DNA from: Amoebophrya sp. A120 | Taxonomy: Eukaryota; Protista; Dinoflagellata | Direction of reading: 5' to 3' | DNA: 64,000 bases | NCBI GenBank assembly: GCA_905178155.1 | Contig: CAJINV010000004.1 | Span: 4,807,996 to 4,871,995, forward strand | Shown: positions 34,843 through 47,211 of the stretch, in pieces | Layout: each line of letters begins with the position of its first letter | How positions within the stretch are numbered: the first letter of the stretch is position 1 | Position numbers and translations under genes: made by a program | Notes under the pieces: generated by a model | Told to the model about the DNA's origin: nothing | Databases searched by the model: none | Seen by the model: the letters and a program-made list of their open reading frames with translations, nothing else

Positions 34843-37465
34843 ATGCCGCGCTCCTCGTTGCCGTTCATTATATTGTGTCCGGCGCTGTTTTCGTCCCTCC
34901 TGCGTGTCGTTTTATGGTGGGGAATCTTTTCTGACGTCTATTTCGTTTCGGTTTCCGCACGACGCCGCGCTGATTCCACCCGCCCATTTGGTTTCTTTCT
35001 CCCATCTCCCCAGCACCAGCGCAGTCCCCGATCTCCGAGTTGTCACTCTGATTCCAGTAGAACAACCACGCCTCGAACAAGCCCTCGACACCCCGCAATC
35101 AGCAGTTCGGCCGACGCACTGCTTTCCCCCCGCACAACCTCCACCAATGACAATCCCCACAAACGCGTGCAGCTGAAGGTGACCACCTACATCCCGCGCG
35201 TGAATTGGCTGGAGGTCCCGGGCGTCGCAACCCCGACCAAGGACCAGGGCTTGGCCAGTGGCTGCGCGGCCTTCGCGCTGGCCGCCGTGCTGGAGAGTCG
35301 GTATGCGATTCACCGGAGAAAAAACGCGGTGCCCGTGTCGACCGCGCAGTTGCTGGAATGCGGGTCCGAATACCTCGGGTGGGACCTCTGTACGGACGGC
35401 GGCCACGATAGTCACCTGCTGCAGTATTTACATTTCGCTAAGGGGGTTGTGTCGGAAGAAGAGTACCCGACAAAAATGTTCGCCACTTTTCTCGGCGGAA
35501 TGCTGCCCGCGGACCACGTCGGACGGAGGTGCAAGTACTCGAAAGAACGACCATCGAAGTCCGGTTTTGATATGGGAACAATTGGCTACTTGAACCTGAC
35601 GGCCTCCTGGACGTTGATGTCGTCTCTGTTTTCCAACACGGCTTCGCGGTCTGCTGAAGTAGACAGTCGGGATTTTCTGGTCGAACAAGATGAAATTGAA
35701 ACGGAGAACGCGAGACGAAATAGTAATATTGTCCCGACATCATCTTCTAGCACTAGCAGAACAAGTAAAAGTAGAACTCTTACACCCGCCAGCATTCAAG
35801 GCAAAACAGCACCAACATCAAAGCGATACATCGACGGTGCTCCGGACCGGGACAAAATCATTCTCCCAACTGACGCCAGCTTCCTGCGCATTTTCCCGCT
35901 GCCCCGCCACGCCTCGAGTCAGTGGACGATGATCCGGGACTATCACGAGAAAAAAGTGTTCGTGTTGCAGTTACTGCATCACAAATTTTCTCTGTGTGGC
36001 AGGGAAAACTTGTAATGCGAAGATCATAAGGGAAAACAGGAAGGAAACGAGGCTCCCAAGCATTTCCTGCATGAGAAAGGGCATCTGTGTTGCCGGTCTT
36101 GCAACACAATGTGTAAATGTAACACTTTTTTCTTGCGATAGGGACCAGGTGTATCTGCTCGGCCCTGTGTTGTCCAGCATCCGGGTACCCAATTCCCTGC
36201 TCGAGTACGGCGGGGCGGGCGCTTTTTGGGTGGACCGAATCCTCCCCTCCGACTGCCCCTGGTCAACAAATAACCACGACGCAATCTCCGAGGCGCAGCG
36301 GGGCCTCTTCACGCAGTCGTCCTACTCGAACCAGCCGAAGGAGTGGCACAGTGTCGCGATTTTCGGCTTCGAGAGCTCCGCGTCGGCAAAGCATCAGCGG
36401 ATGCAAACGGGTGGTTTTGGAGGCGGGGGAAGTAGTACTAGTAGAGCTGGTGCAACTTCATCACATGTTGCAAGTAGTCGGAACAATGACCCTCATCGGA
36501 ATCCTCGTTCAACAGCTCCGAACTACAGCACCTCCTCCCCGCGCGGTTCTGCAGGCAAGAGTAACGATCCACCTGCAGTCGACGACAACAACGGTCCGTT
36601 CTGGATCGTGCGCAATTCCTGGGGACCAATTGCCCACCGCGGCCGGGGTTACTTTCTGGTCCAGGCGGGAAGCAACGTATGCCACATCGAGGCGATGGCG
36701 AAGATCGTGGATTTTGGCGGCTTCGACTGCGAACGGGATTGCATCCCGATTTTGGCGCGAAGAGAGGTGATGAGATCATCCACAGCACCCTCAAGGCCAT
36801 CCTTGCGGCAGTTTGTCAGCGGTGCGACTTCAAGTATGATATCATCGAATCATAATCACACAGCACCAAACACCATCAGAAATCCAAATTCTTCTACGCA
36901 GAGAGGGACGACAAAAAACCGGGTTGTAGCGTTCGCTCTGGGGGGAGATGACGCCGACGACGAGGCGCAACAGACCAAAACCTTCGTACGCCTGTACCAG
37001 CAGCGAGACATCCCTTTGCAGGAATTAGCAATGCGGCAAAACGTCCTCGCGGGGTCTTGGGCAGGGGCGGGCACGAGGAACCCGATAACCGCTTTCCCGG
37101 AGTCCACGGGGGAACCAACAATGAGCTACAGCGAGCGGTGCGGGAGTCGCGGTAGTACAAGGCCAGGAGGTCATGAAGCAGCTGTTGATACAAGAAGGAC
37201 AAGGAGCACCATTGCACCGCAAAACGGGGAACATAGAAAAGAAGAGCCAAGTGCAACTTCCCCACCGGGTCAGGAGGATTGGTGTCGCTTCTACTGCCGC
37301 ATGCACAGCACCGTCGTGAACACCAGCGGCTGGCCGTGGGGCGGGCAGCCGGAAACAAAGCGGACCTGCAAGATGCGCAAAGACTACCGATCGGCGTTTT
37401 TCACAGCTGAGTGGGAAAGTCGAAGACAACAATCGCGGACTCAAAGACCAATTATCAGTCTTTGA
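34843..37465 (+). CDS. Papain-family (C1A) cysteine protease with low-complexity insertions
   Basis: VNW…TPTKDQGLASGCAAF (catalytic Gln/Cys), VSTAQLLEC, WHSVAIFGF (His) and FWIVRNSWG (Asn), with a hydrophobic N-terminus. The ORFs are joined by removing element 35941-36140 (IRD|QVYLLGPV). The start could be 34771. Confidence 0.88.
35941..36140. mobile_element. Introner-like element, family F (200 bp), TSD GGGAC
   Basis: TATCACGAGAAAAAAGTGTT … AACACTTTTTTCTTGCGATA, with GGGAC at 35936-35940 and 36141-36145. Confidence 0.93.
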
Positions 37466-38486
37466 TGTGAGAAGGAGAACATCATCGATAAGTAGGAACT
37501 ACACAAGAAGGACACTTACACTTAGGCATCTATCTCATTCCATAGCTTACACGAGCAGTCATGATTGCGTTTGGATGTTAGCTTGATGCTTGTACAAATA
37601 ACGAGTGACGAGTATGAGCAGAATTTCAATTTGAGAAATACGTCAACGTCTCAATAATCCAGCGCACTCATTGTGATGCATGTGCTTGTGCATGATCCCG
37701 CAATCACCAAGATTGTGGAAAACAAATGAACACCAGATAGTGCTTCTCAATTACAATGAATTATGAAGCTGTATTCACTTGAAGACCATTGTTTTGCCGA
37801 ACCGTAGTTTCAACAAAACCTGAAGTTTGCGAAATGTAAAATTTCCAGAACCACCGACGAAAAAAGCCGTGCCTTTCTTTGAATTTCGAAGATGAACAGG
37901 TGCCTCAAGACGAATTTCCATTTCCGTGCCGCAGCTATACTTTGGAGCCGGGCATATACTCCTCCGGGGGAAAACCGCAAGTGGAGAAGTAGAAGTTACA
38001 CAGCGGTTTTTTTGTTCCAACCGTCTGATGAAATGCCAGTGCGCACTGCTCAAGGAGCATCACGTTTCCCGATCTATTGATAACCATGTAAAAGCTGCCC
38101 GCATGACGATGACCGGATTTGCGGTCCGCAGTGGATGATCACAAGCTCATTCGAGTGAGGAGAAAGACGAGGTGGACTTTGCAGTTGTAATCGATTCTGA
38201 TGCACTGCTGGCTTGGACACCCTTTGGATTTGGTTTACCTTTTTTTACGATTTCGATCTTACGTGATCATAACACGCGAGCTTGATAAAGATGAACGTGA
38301 TCAACGTCAACGCATAAGTAACATGCAGGACCTACATCGGATGAAGTTGAAGATGCCTGCTGCAGGTCCTCGTGGCGGATAGGGATACCCTGTGCTGCTT
38401 TATGTAGCGCTTTCAGCAAAAATCAATTCGGTTTGACAGTTTTCTCGCTCTCGCCGGTTCGCCTTCTTGGCACTGAAAAAACAAAA

Positions 38487-40427
38487 ATGGTTGCACCAGT
38501 CCCCGGCGCGGCGGGCGCTCTGGTCGCATACGACCCGGCGTTACTGCAGCAACTACATTCGCTTTCAGGAGGAACCACAAAGAGCTCTGGCAACACCGCA
38601 CCAGGCTCGTCCTCGGTTGCAAGTGACACAGCAACAAGTCGTGCCGCGATTTCATCCCCCATACTAGCCTCCTTCCCGTCTCTCGTTTCCGACCTGGACG
38701 GTTTCACGGCTCTCCTCGCGGAGACAACACTGGAAAACCAAGGAGAGGCGTACAAACTTTTCTCTTCCGGCAAAGTGTCCCTCATGCCGGTGCAGACCGT
38801 CGGCCAGCAGCCGTACGGGGCGGTGTCCGCCGGGCCCAGCGCGCAGTGTTGCGTGAAGACCGGATACGTGCACAACGGGGACACGTTTGTGATCAAGATC
38901 GCAGCGGGCGGCGCGGTGGGGTATGGGAATACGGGGTTTCTGCTCGTTTTCTCGCAGAAAACGATGCAACTGTGCAAGCAGCTCAACGACAGCGGGATTC
39001 TCACCGAAATCAGGACGGCGGCTGCGACATGTACGATTTCTTCTTGATCTTGGGCAGCTTTTGTGATATTTTTCCATTAAGTCTAGTATGAGTTATGCTT
39101 TGTGGTTTGCGTGCGTGCATTCTGCACTTTCTTCTGCCTTGTTTGGAGAACCAAATACATGATCAACTATTGTCAGGCTACGCATCGCGCCTGATATGGA
39201 AGTACGGTGCCCCACGACCAGAGCAGCCACCAGAAAATAACGCACAAAGCGACAACCAAATCAGCGACATCACTTCCATCGGTATCCTCGGCGCGGGCGT
39301 TCAAGCGTGGTGGCAACTGCGTTTTCTCCAATTGATCACCCCTTGCAGAAACGTCCGCCTCTGGACACGCGATGCGAAAAAGGGAAAAGAATTCGTCGAG
39401 AACTTGAATTCCTCCGCTCACCTTCCGGACCGAGAGTGGGACGTCACCTTCTGCAGCGACGTGGGGGACGTGGGGCAGAACTGCGAGTTAATTCACACAC
39501 TGACCTGTAGCCGAGAAGAATTGTTGATCACAAAGCACTTGTTTTCCACCAGCAACAGCCATCAGAGTCGCAGTAACAGTCGCGGAAACAGTCCGGTGGA
39601 GGAACAGGGATGTTCTGAGCAAGAACTACGAACCGGCGGAGGTGCCTTATCTGCTGCATTAGCAGTAGAACCTCAAGAAGCCACGACCACAGTAGCTCCT
39701 CCTCCGAGCAGCTGCAAGGTGAAGCGTCAGCACATCAGCGCTGTCGGTGCGGACGCGCCGGGAAAACAGGAGCTTGGTGTCGACGTTCTGCTCTCTGCGG
39801 ACTTGCTGGTCTGCGATTCGGTGGCGCAAAGTTTGGAGAGGGGGGAGTTTCAGCGACTTCTGCAGCAGAGCAGCAACAGCCGGACGAACACGTTAGTGGA
39901 GGCAGATCGAATCGTCGAGATCGGAACTCTCGCCATGGAAATGGAGGCTGGTGGAGAGGTATGAAAGCCTCAGAATGGAAAAGCTGAACGTGGAAATAAT
40001 TTGTGATGCATGAAATGCTACGCAAAAAAGACTGTATTGCAGAGGACGCAACGGAGGCCGACTATTGTCCTTCCCCGGGTTAAGAATTGGAGTGCTGATT
40101 AGCACGAGAGAAGGGCACCACTTTGCGTTAATCAGCATGACAGACATACCTTGAGTGCCCGGGAAATTTGTCATGCGCCGCCTAGAAGTGGCGCTTCAAC
40201 TGGAATGCTTTTCTGCATTACAAACCATGTCGATGTCCACTTTGAGGATTTCCAACCTGAGGCTTTCATAAGAGGCAACGAAATTGTCTAGCGGGGGCAC
40301 TGCCACTGGGCTGACAATCTTTGACACCTCAGGCATTGCAGTGCAGGACGTCGCAATTGCCGAAATGGTTGTAAAATTGCTGGAAAAAAAAGAACAAATG
40401 GTAGCTGCAAAAGAAGATGGATTGTGA
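38487..40427 (+). CDS. Ornithine cyclodeaminase / mu-crystallin family protein
   Basis: Motifs LTEIRTAAA, IGILGAGVQA, HISAVGADAPGKQEL and LTIFDTSGIAVQDVAIA. Contains GT-AG intron 39031-39176 and element 39960-40270. Confidence 0.92.
39960..40270. mobile_element. Introner-like element, family D (311 bp), TSD AGAGG
   Basis: Perfect 14-bp TIR TATGAAAGCCTCAG … CTGAGGCTTTCATA, with AGAGG at 39955-39959 and 40271-40275. Confidence 0.93.
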
Positions 40428-40971
40428 TTCATCAGTAAAAGATTGTGTAGCTGCTACCATAGTATCTGAAACCACAACCACGCGATCATCGCTAGTGTTG
40501 AAGCCCCGCGCGAATGCAATCTTCGTTGAACTCAATTATTGACGTTGTCGTTCGAAAAAACCACATATTTTCACTCAGCGTTCTTGCACTTGTCGATTCG
40601 ACGTGAGTGAGGGGACCGATGACAGGGAGAGACGTTGGGATCATATTAGTATTACTCTCGGATGCGGAGATGAGGAAGATGACGATGAGCCGCAAATACA
40701 TATTTTGAAACCGCTTGTCAAACGTGAAGACATGTGCACCACGGATGTACATCTAGGGATGTTACCGAGGGCGGCCGTTGCCGCGCTTGCGCAGAACTTG
40801 AGGAAATCGAAATACGAGCAAAAAGAGAGATTGAGTTGGCCCGAAGATAGACCTTGGTTAGTCGTCGAGCGGCGCCACACGGGAATGCAGAACATTAACA
40901 TTTAAGTTTCATCGTAGATTTCGACATAATCTTAGTCACGTCGTATCGTTTTCACCAGAAACCGTTAAAGA

Positions 40972-43900
40972 ATGTTTTCTCGTCGCGCCAGCCCTTGCAA
41001 GGAGTTCCTTGCACGAACTGTGATCCCTACCATCATCTTCGTCTTCTTGTCGAGCTGCACCACACTTACTTCTGCCCTGGACCATTCGAGTGCCGGTTCT
41101 TTCTTGCGCTCCAGTACTAGTATCGACGGCACAATCTCATCCGCTGCGCAGCACCACCAGTACGACATTGACGAGGACGCAGATCTGTTTACGCCAGGTG
41201 CCGAATTGCTTCTGTCAGAAGAAACCTCCGCGGTCGCCGCAGTCAATGCCCGCACTGGTGGTGTCCCAGGGGCACCAGAGGAGGCTTCTAGCATCGTCGG
41301 CCCAAGTGGCAGCTTCCGCAGTAGTTCAGGACGATGGGGCGGTGGGCGAAGTATTTCCAGTACAGCAACCGGAGCATCAAGCCAGTTTCACCGGTATCGC
41401 GCGTGGATCGACGAGAACGCCGACCGGCTGTTGCAGCTAGTAGCTATGCATTGCAGAAGTATCGTATTTTAGGATAAATTGCATCACAAATTTTCTCAAA
41501 GGAAAAACCGAATTTGTAATGCCGATTCAACTAAAAAAATGATATTTGTCATGCATGATAGCAATTACTACGAGTGCGATACTTCTGCAATCCATAGTAG
41601 CCCAAACAGGTGGACAACGTCTGAACTACGAACAAAAACTACCCGGAACTGCAGCCGCGGCCTTCGCGCAGCATACGCAGGACCGCCTTCGCCGTGCGGG
41701 CGCTAGCACGGTGGCGACGTCGTTTGTGGAAAAATCTCGACGAGGTGTGCTACGTCAGAATCCAACAACACAGGCTCGAGAACTTGTCTTGACAGACTCC
41801 GGAGCTGGTCGAGAAGAAGATAGAAACTTTCTTCTCGCGAACGAAGGAGGAGAAAGCAGTAGCAGCACACATCAAGGAACCAACGAAGCACAAGCAGTTG
41901 CAGTAGATGAGACGCGATCCTCTAGTACTTCCCCTTCATCCCTCACCGAGCTTGTTTTGACGGACCCCTCGGGCAAGAAGCTGGACAGACGACTCTGGGG
42001 CGCGTTCGCAGAGGGCGCTGTGTTTGAAGGAGCGAGGAAAACGAAGAAAGACGAAACAGCCGAAAAAGATAAAGAGAAAGAGCCGAGGTTATTTGAAGAC
42101 TTGGACTTCACTAACAGCACCCGGGTGTCCCAGTACCTGTACCAACCGGCAAAGAATCTCTTCTACCTGTGGCACGACAAAACTGCGGACAAGTGGCGCG
42201 GCGCCTACCTAATTGCCCTTCCGTTGGACAACGACGACATCGAGGATGACGTGATGACAATGGGACTGATAGAATTCGACAAAACCGTATCCACAGGAAA
42301 TTTTCCGTACAACTCCAAATGTGGTTTCTGCATTACAAAGCTATCCTTCGATCTTAGTCAGCATGACAAGTTTTAGACTCTAAGTAGAAGATGGCGAAAT
42401 TTGTCATGCGTTTTGTTGTAGTACGTGAAAGAACGTGCTGTGCGGGAAGTTTGTATTGCATAAACCGCAGCGGGCGACAAAAACGTGAAATTGTCCACGA
42501 AAAACACTACCGACCCCTCCACCGGGGCTGTGCAAGCCACCACAACCGTCCACGAATTCCACGCCAGCCCGGGCGCCGCCTGGAAGGGCCACGCCCAGGA
42601 CCTGCTGTACGACATGGGGCACAGTGTTTTGACAAACGTAAAAATGCAGTTCGACCCCAGCACGGTGACGCTGCACCTTCCCAGCTACCCCGTCGCCCGC
42701 GCGACCAACGCGCAGCGCACGGGGAATCGGGGCCAGGAAGTCGCGGATCTTGAGATCAAGTTTGACAAAAAGTGCACGACGGCCGGACACGCGCGGGGGA
42801 AACAGGCGGAAATGGCGCACAACGCGGTGAAGATTTTCCAGCACTGCTACCAGGCCGGAACTGCGTACGCTAGCGCGGTCACGCAGTCTGTCGTCGCGCT
42901 CAAGTCCAATACGAGTGCGCAGATCCGGGAGGTACTAAAACTCGGCCCCCTGCACTCGCTGTGCGGTATCTACGATAGTGCGGACCAAGGGGGTGGCGCA
43001 GCTCCTGGTGGGGGCGGTAGCTACCAACCCTTTCTTCAAAACAACGTCGGACAAATCACCACACCCGAATTTGTTTCCAATCGGTTCGAGCTGTGGGGCG
43101 CGGACTTGCAGTCGGACTACGGGAATGCAACTGTCCTCGACTACCTCATCCCAGATCTGGACAACACCACGTGGCGGGACGAGGCGATCGCGAGAGGAAA
43201 GAGCACCAATCTCTCCGACTATTCCGACTGGGATCCGATCTGGTACCAGGCGAAAAAGCACAAGGCGACACTATTGGAAGTGTCTTTTGAAAATCCGATG
43301 AAACTGGACAACGCATCCTTTCCTCTGTGGAATGAAAAAGGAAAAGGCCTCCCCAAAGTCATGTACGCCCCGACCAGCGAAACACTCTGGAAGCAGGGCG
43401 GGGTTCTAGTGTGGAGCGTCCCGTGCGTGAGCACGGGGTCCTCGCAGGACTTAACGGCTTCCTGGTGCGATCAAGACACCGGAAAATGCCACTGCGTCAA
43501 CAACAAAACCCTGCGCATGACGCCGCTAATCGGGCAGCTCTGGAGCCGCGCGGCGAGCGGCTTCTTCCAACTCGTGCGCGACGTCTGGACCACGGAAAAG
43601 CCTGAAGTAATCGAGTACACGACACAACTGCGCGACAAGACTTCCGGCCTGTTTGACACGAAGGTCCTCATCGAGCACCAACAGAGCTCCGTCGCGGATC
43701 TGAAGACGTTTCTCTACAAAAATTTTTACCTCGACAAGTCTGCGCAGGCAGTTGCCGACTCTCACTCTCAATTGATCTCCTCGGGCAGTTCGCTCCTCGT
43801 TTCCGACAGTCTCACCGCGAAGAACGGCACAGTGACGGCGCTTGCGGACTACTGGCACGGCTGGACTGCCCAGACGGCCACGGTCGAGCGGAAAAAAGAG

Positions 43901-46434
43901 AGAGCGTGGCAAATCCGGAAAGATTTGCTGTACCTCGAAACGTCGTTTTACGATGTGAAAATCAATTCCGACTACCAGGCGCAGGGAGCTAGTGTGGAGT
44001 TCTGGGTGCAGAACCCGGAAGAGGTTGTTTCTAGTGGCGCGTCGGCCTTGCCCACCTCCTGGCGCCTGCACACGGACCTGAAACTGCTCGGCTGGCGGCC
44101 GAAATCTTTCGCACCGCCGATCGAGTCGAAATTCGACATCGACACCAGCTCCGGAGACGTGAATGACCAGGCGTTTCTGGATTCGATCGCGACTACGTTT
44201 GTCCTCGGCGCGGCGAAGGCGATGGAGGGCAACCCGGGGCTGGATCCCAGTCAGGGCATCGACATCCAGGAGATCAACATCATGGACCCGGTGATATGGA
44301 GTTCTCAATTGTTAGATTCTCAATTATTAACTGAATTTGTAATGCAAGACTGGCAAAAGTGAAAGAAAGGAGGAAGATTGCGCCTTTTGCATTACAAGTT
44401 TGGCGCAGATTTAGGTGCGGCTTAGCCTTTCGCAAATTTTTCATGCGGAACAGCCCGATCGTGAGCATGATGATGGTGTTTTTGCATAACAAACTCATGT
44501 TGTAACAGTTGTAGTTGAGAATGTAACGTTTGAGAACCCCACAGGTGACCGGCGCAAAATCCCCCGTCGTCGAGGAAGTGCCAGAAGGGTGCTTCTTACA
44601 ACAGGATGAAAACAGCACCAACACGAGCTTCTCCTTGTTATCTACTCTGTCGCGGCCGTCAAGCTGGGTTGAAGATGGTGCGACAGAGGACAAGAAAAAG
44701 ATGATGATGCAGCTCAGCGGTCTGAAAAGCCTGCCGTTGTATCTCATCACGGATTCCGGCGATCATGGGGACGGCGTCATGACAGGAACTCCGCCAAGCC
44801 GCCTGCAGTCATCATCGCTGATCCACCACCAGCAGGTGGAGCAGAGGCAGCTGCTGCGGAAAGCAGGCAGAGTGAATGTTCATGATGCGGCCACAGCAAC
44901 AACATCTTCGCTCAAGAAAAACAGTGCGACCATGGGTGTAACCTTCGTGGTGCCGAACTCCCCCGCGTTTGCGGCCATGAACGCGAGTCAGCAGGCCGCA
45001 GTGAACGCCCAGGCGGCAAGTCCGAACACCACCGGGAGCGTCCTATCCAGCTTCCAGGCCGTTGCGGCGGCAAACCCGACTATGGGCGTATCCGTGTCGC
45101 CCCCTACGCCGCCCTCCAACCCACCGACCACCACCACGACCACAACGACCGTAACAACAACATCTGGGCCGACGCCGGGTCCAGCACCACCAGCGGGAGG
45201 TGGTGCGCCAGCCCCCAGTCCAGCAGCTGCGCCACAACCCGCACACACCCCAACGCCAACTTTGCCCCACGGGTGCGCTTGCTCGGCGGAGGACCTCGAG
45301 CCGCGGATCATATGCGGGACGGATGGCGCCCAGTACGGGAGCGTCTGCGAGGCGCTCTGCGCGAACACGGAGATCCACAATTACGGAGTGTGTACGGGCC
45401 CCGGCACGCACCGAGCGGTGCAGAGCCAGCACACGGGCCCGACCACCTACGGAAAGGCGGCGGGGGTGGAACTAAGCGTGGTGGGGAAGATCGGTATCTG
45501 TGCGGGTGCGTTGCTGCTGCTCATCGTGGCTTACTTCTATGTTGCCTACCCGGAGACCGGCGGCTGGATCGCTTTTTTGCGCTCCACGACCCCGCAGCCT
45601 GTCACGAGGGAGCCGGGAAGCGGATCGGAGGGAGGAGGAGGGGATGCAGGTATGGAATGGAATTTTTGCAGGCTTTTTTAAAGTGATTTTCATGACAGCA
45701 CGATGCGATCATCATCATCATGTAGTTTAAGTTTCTGCCTGGTGGTGACAACTACTACACTCAGTGGGCAGTACTACTAGTACGTCGCCCTCGACGTCCC
45801 ATGATCGTCGTCACTACGATCATCGTGCAGCAGCAGTAGCTCTGTGGGTGTGCAGACAACTACACCAAACTAAAATTTCAAAGTCATGTCGTGATTTGAA
45901 CTTACTGTACCACCAGGTGCCGCAGACCGAGACGGAGATGGAGAATCGAAGCAGAACCCCCAGGTTGATGTGGCCGTCGAGGAAGAGGATGCAGTACAAC
46001 AGGAGGAACGAGCGGCGACTGTAGACGAGGCCGCAGGAGCAGAGGAAGAACAGCAGCCGCCACCGCAAACTGCCGCCCCGCCGGCCGCACCCCCAGCACC
46101 ACTCCCCGCCGAGCAATCAACCGGACCACAAGGCTCCACAAGTTTCGCCGCAGCAGGAACAACTTCAGGAGCCGGCGCAGCAGCAGCAGCAGCAGTTCCT
46201 GGAATGGGCTCCGTCAGCTTCGGCGGGGGAGGACCACAAGCAGGGTCTACTGCAGGAGCTCCGCAAGGATCCGTCAGCTTCGCAAACGCAACATCGGGGG
46301 GCAATGCCAATGCGGCCGCAGCGGCTGCAGCACAGGGGTCGATCAGCTTTGCGAAAGCGCCAGGGGGCGATGGCGTGCCTCAGGGGTCTATCAGCTTTGC
46401 CGGGGCCGGTTCGCAAGCGCCCCCTGGGTCATAG
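40972..46434 (+). CDS. Large secreted type-I membrane protein with Pro/Thr stalk and Kazal-type domain
   Basis: Signal-like TVIPTIIFVFLSSCTTLTSA, Kazal-like CACSAEDLEPRIICGTDGAQYGSVCEALC…HNYGVC, and TM segment IGICAGALLLLIVAYFYV. Five ORFs join in one frame via elements 41445, 42288, 44295 and GT-AG intron 45650-45916. Confidence 0.8.
41445..41596. mobile_element. Introner-like element, family A (152 bp), TSD GTAGC
   Basis: TAT-gcat-TGCAGAAGTATCG … CGATACTTCTGCA-atcc-ATA, with GTAGC at 41440-41444 and 41597-41601. Confidence 0.93.
42288..42462. mobile_element. Introner-like element, family E (175 bp), TSD AACCG
   Basis: TATCCACAGG … GTTTGTATTGCATA, with AACCG at 42283-42287 and 42463-42467. 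Removal gives DKTAAGDKNVKL. Confidence 0.9.
44295..44543. mobile_element. Introner-like element, family H (249 bp), TSD GGTGA, right end ACA
   Basis: TATGGAGTTCTCAA … TTGAGAACCCCACA, with GGTGA at 44290-44294 and 44544-44548. Removal gives DPVTGAK. Confidence 0.9.
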
Positions 46435-47211
46435 ATTCATCTTGTGGTGAGGACATTGCTGCTCGATGAATTCGCTCGGCTGTTAGAAATGCACATGGAA
46501 CTCCAAGAGTAGACTGACGCACACACTTGCAGTCTTCTTCTATGTGCTGGCACTGCTACTCTTGAGCGCATTCATATCTTTCTACTAGAGAACAAAAATA
46601 AACTAATATACAAGGAACCAAGAGCTGCCCCTCAGAGGGCGAATTCAAATGAAAATGTCTCGTAGAATGTGCATGAATAAAGCCGCAAGTACGTAGGAGG
46701 ACTGCTTCCACTACTTGTTCGTACGCTACTTCTGTGTACAACTAAGTACTGATTTTCGTGAAACCCCCGGCGCTGTTGTCCGCTATGGAAAGACTTCGAT
46801 ACGCTTAGGTTTCCACACAGTAGCTAACTCGAGCCGAAAAAAGATGAAGAAGATAGGAGATGAGACTGGACATTGAAGAGCCAGCACAAAAACAAAAAAG
46901 CAAGAGTGCACGAGCGGACTTCGACTTCTCAGGGTCGAGGTGGAAGGTGGCAGGCCATCTCGTGAATAAGCCATGATCTATTCGCAGCTCGTCGACTTAG
47001 AGTGGATAAGAATAGAAGAAGAGAGCGAAAAACAACTTCAGTTGGCATGATGCTCCATCAATTGTATGCTTTGGTTTGGAAAAATCTTCATGATCGAGCC
47101 CGCTAGAAAGCTAAATCAGGTCGATTACTCTATTAATCGCAAGAACAAGAAGACAACTCGCCCTTCCTGCTTTAACAGTAAGTACTCTCTCTTGTATTGA
47201 AAAGGAACAAA

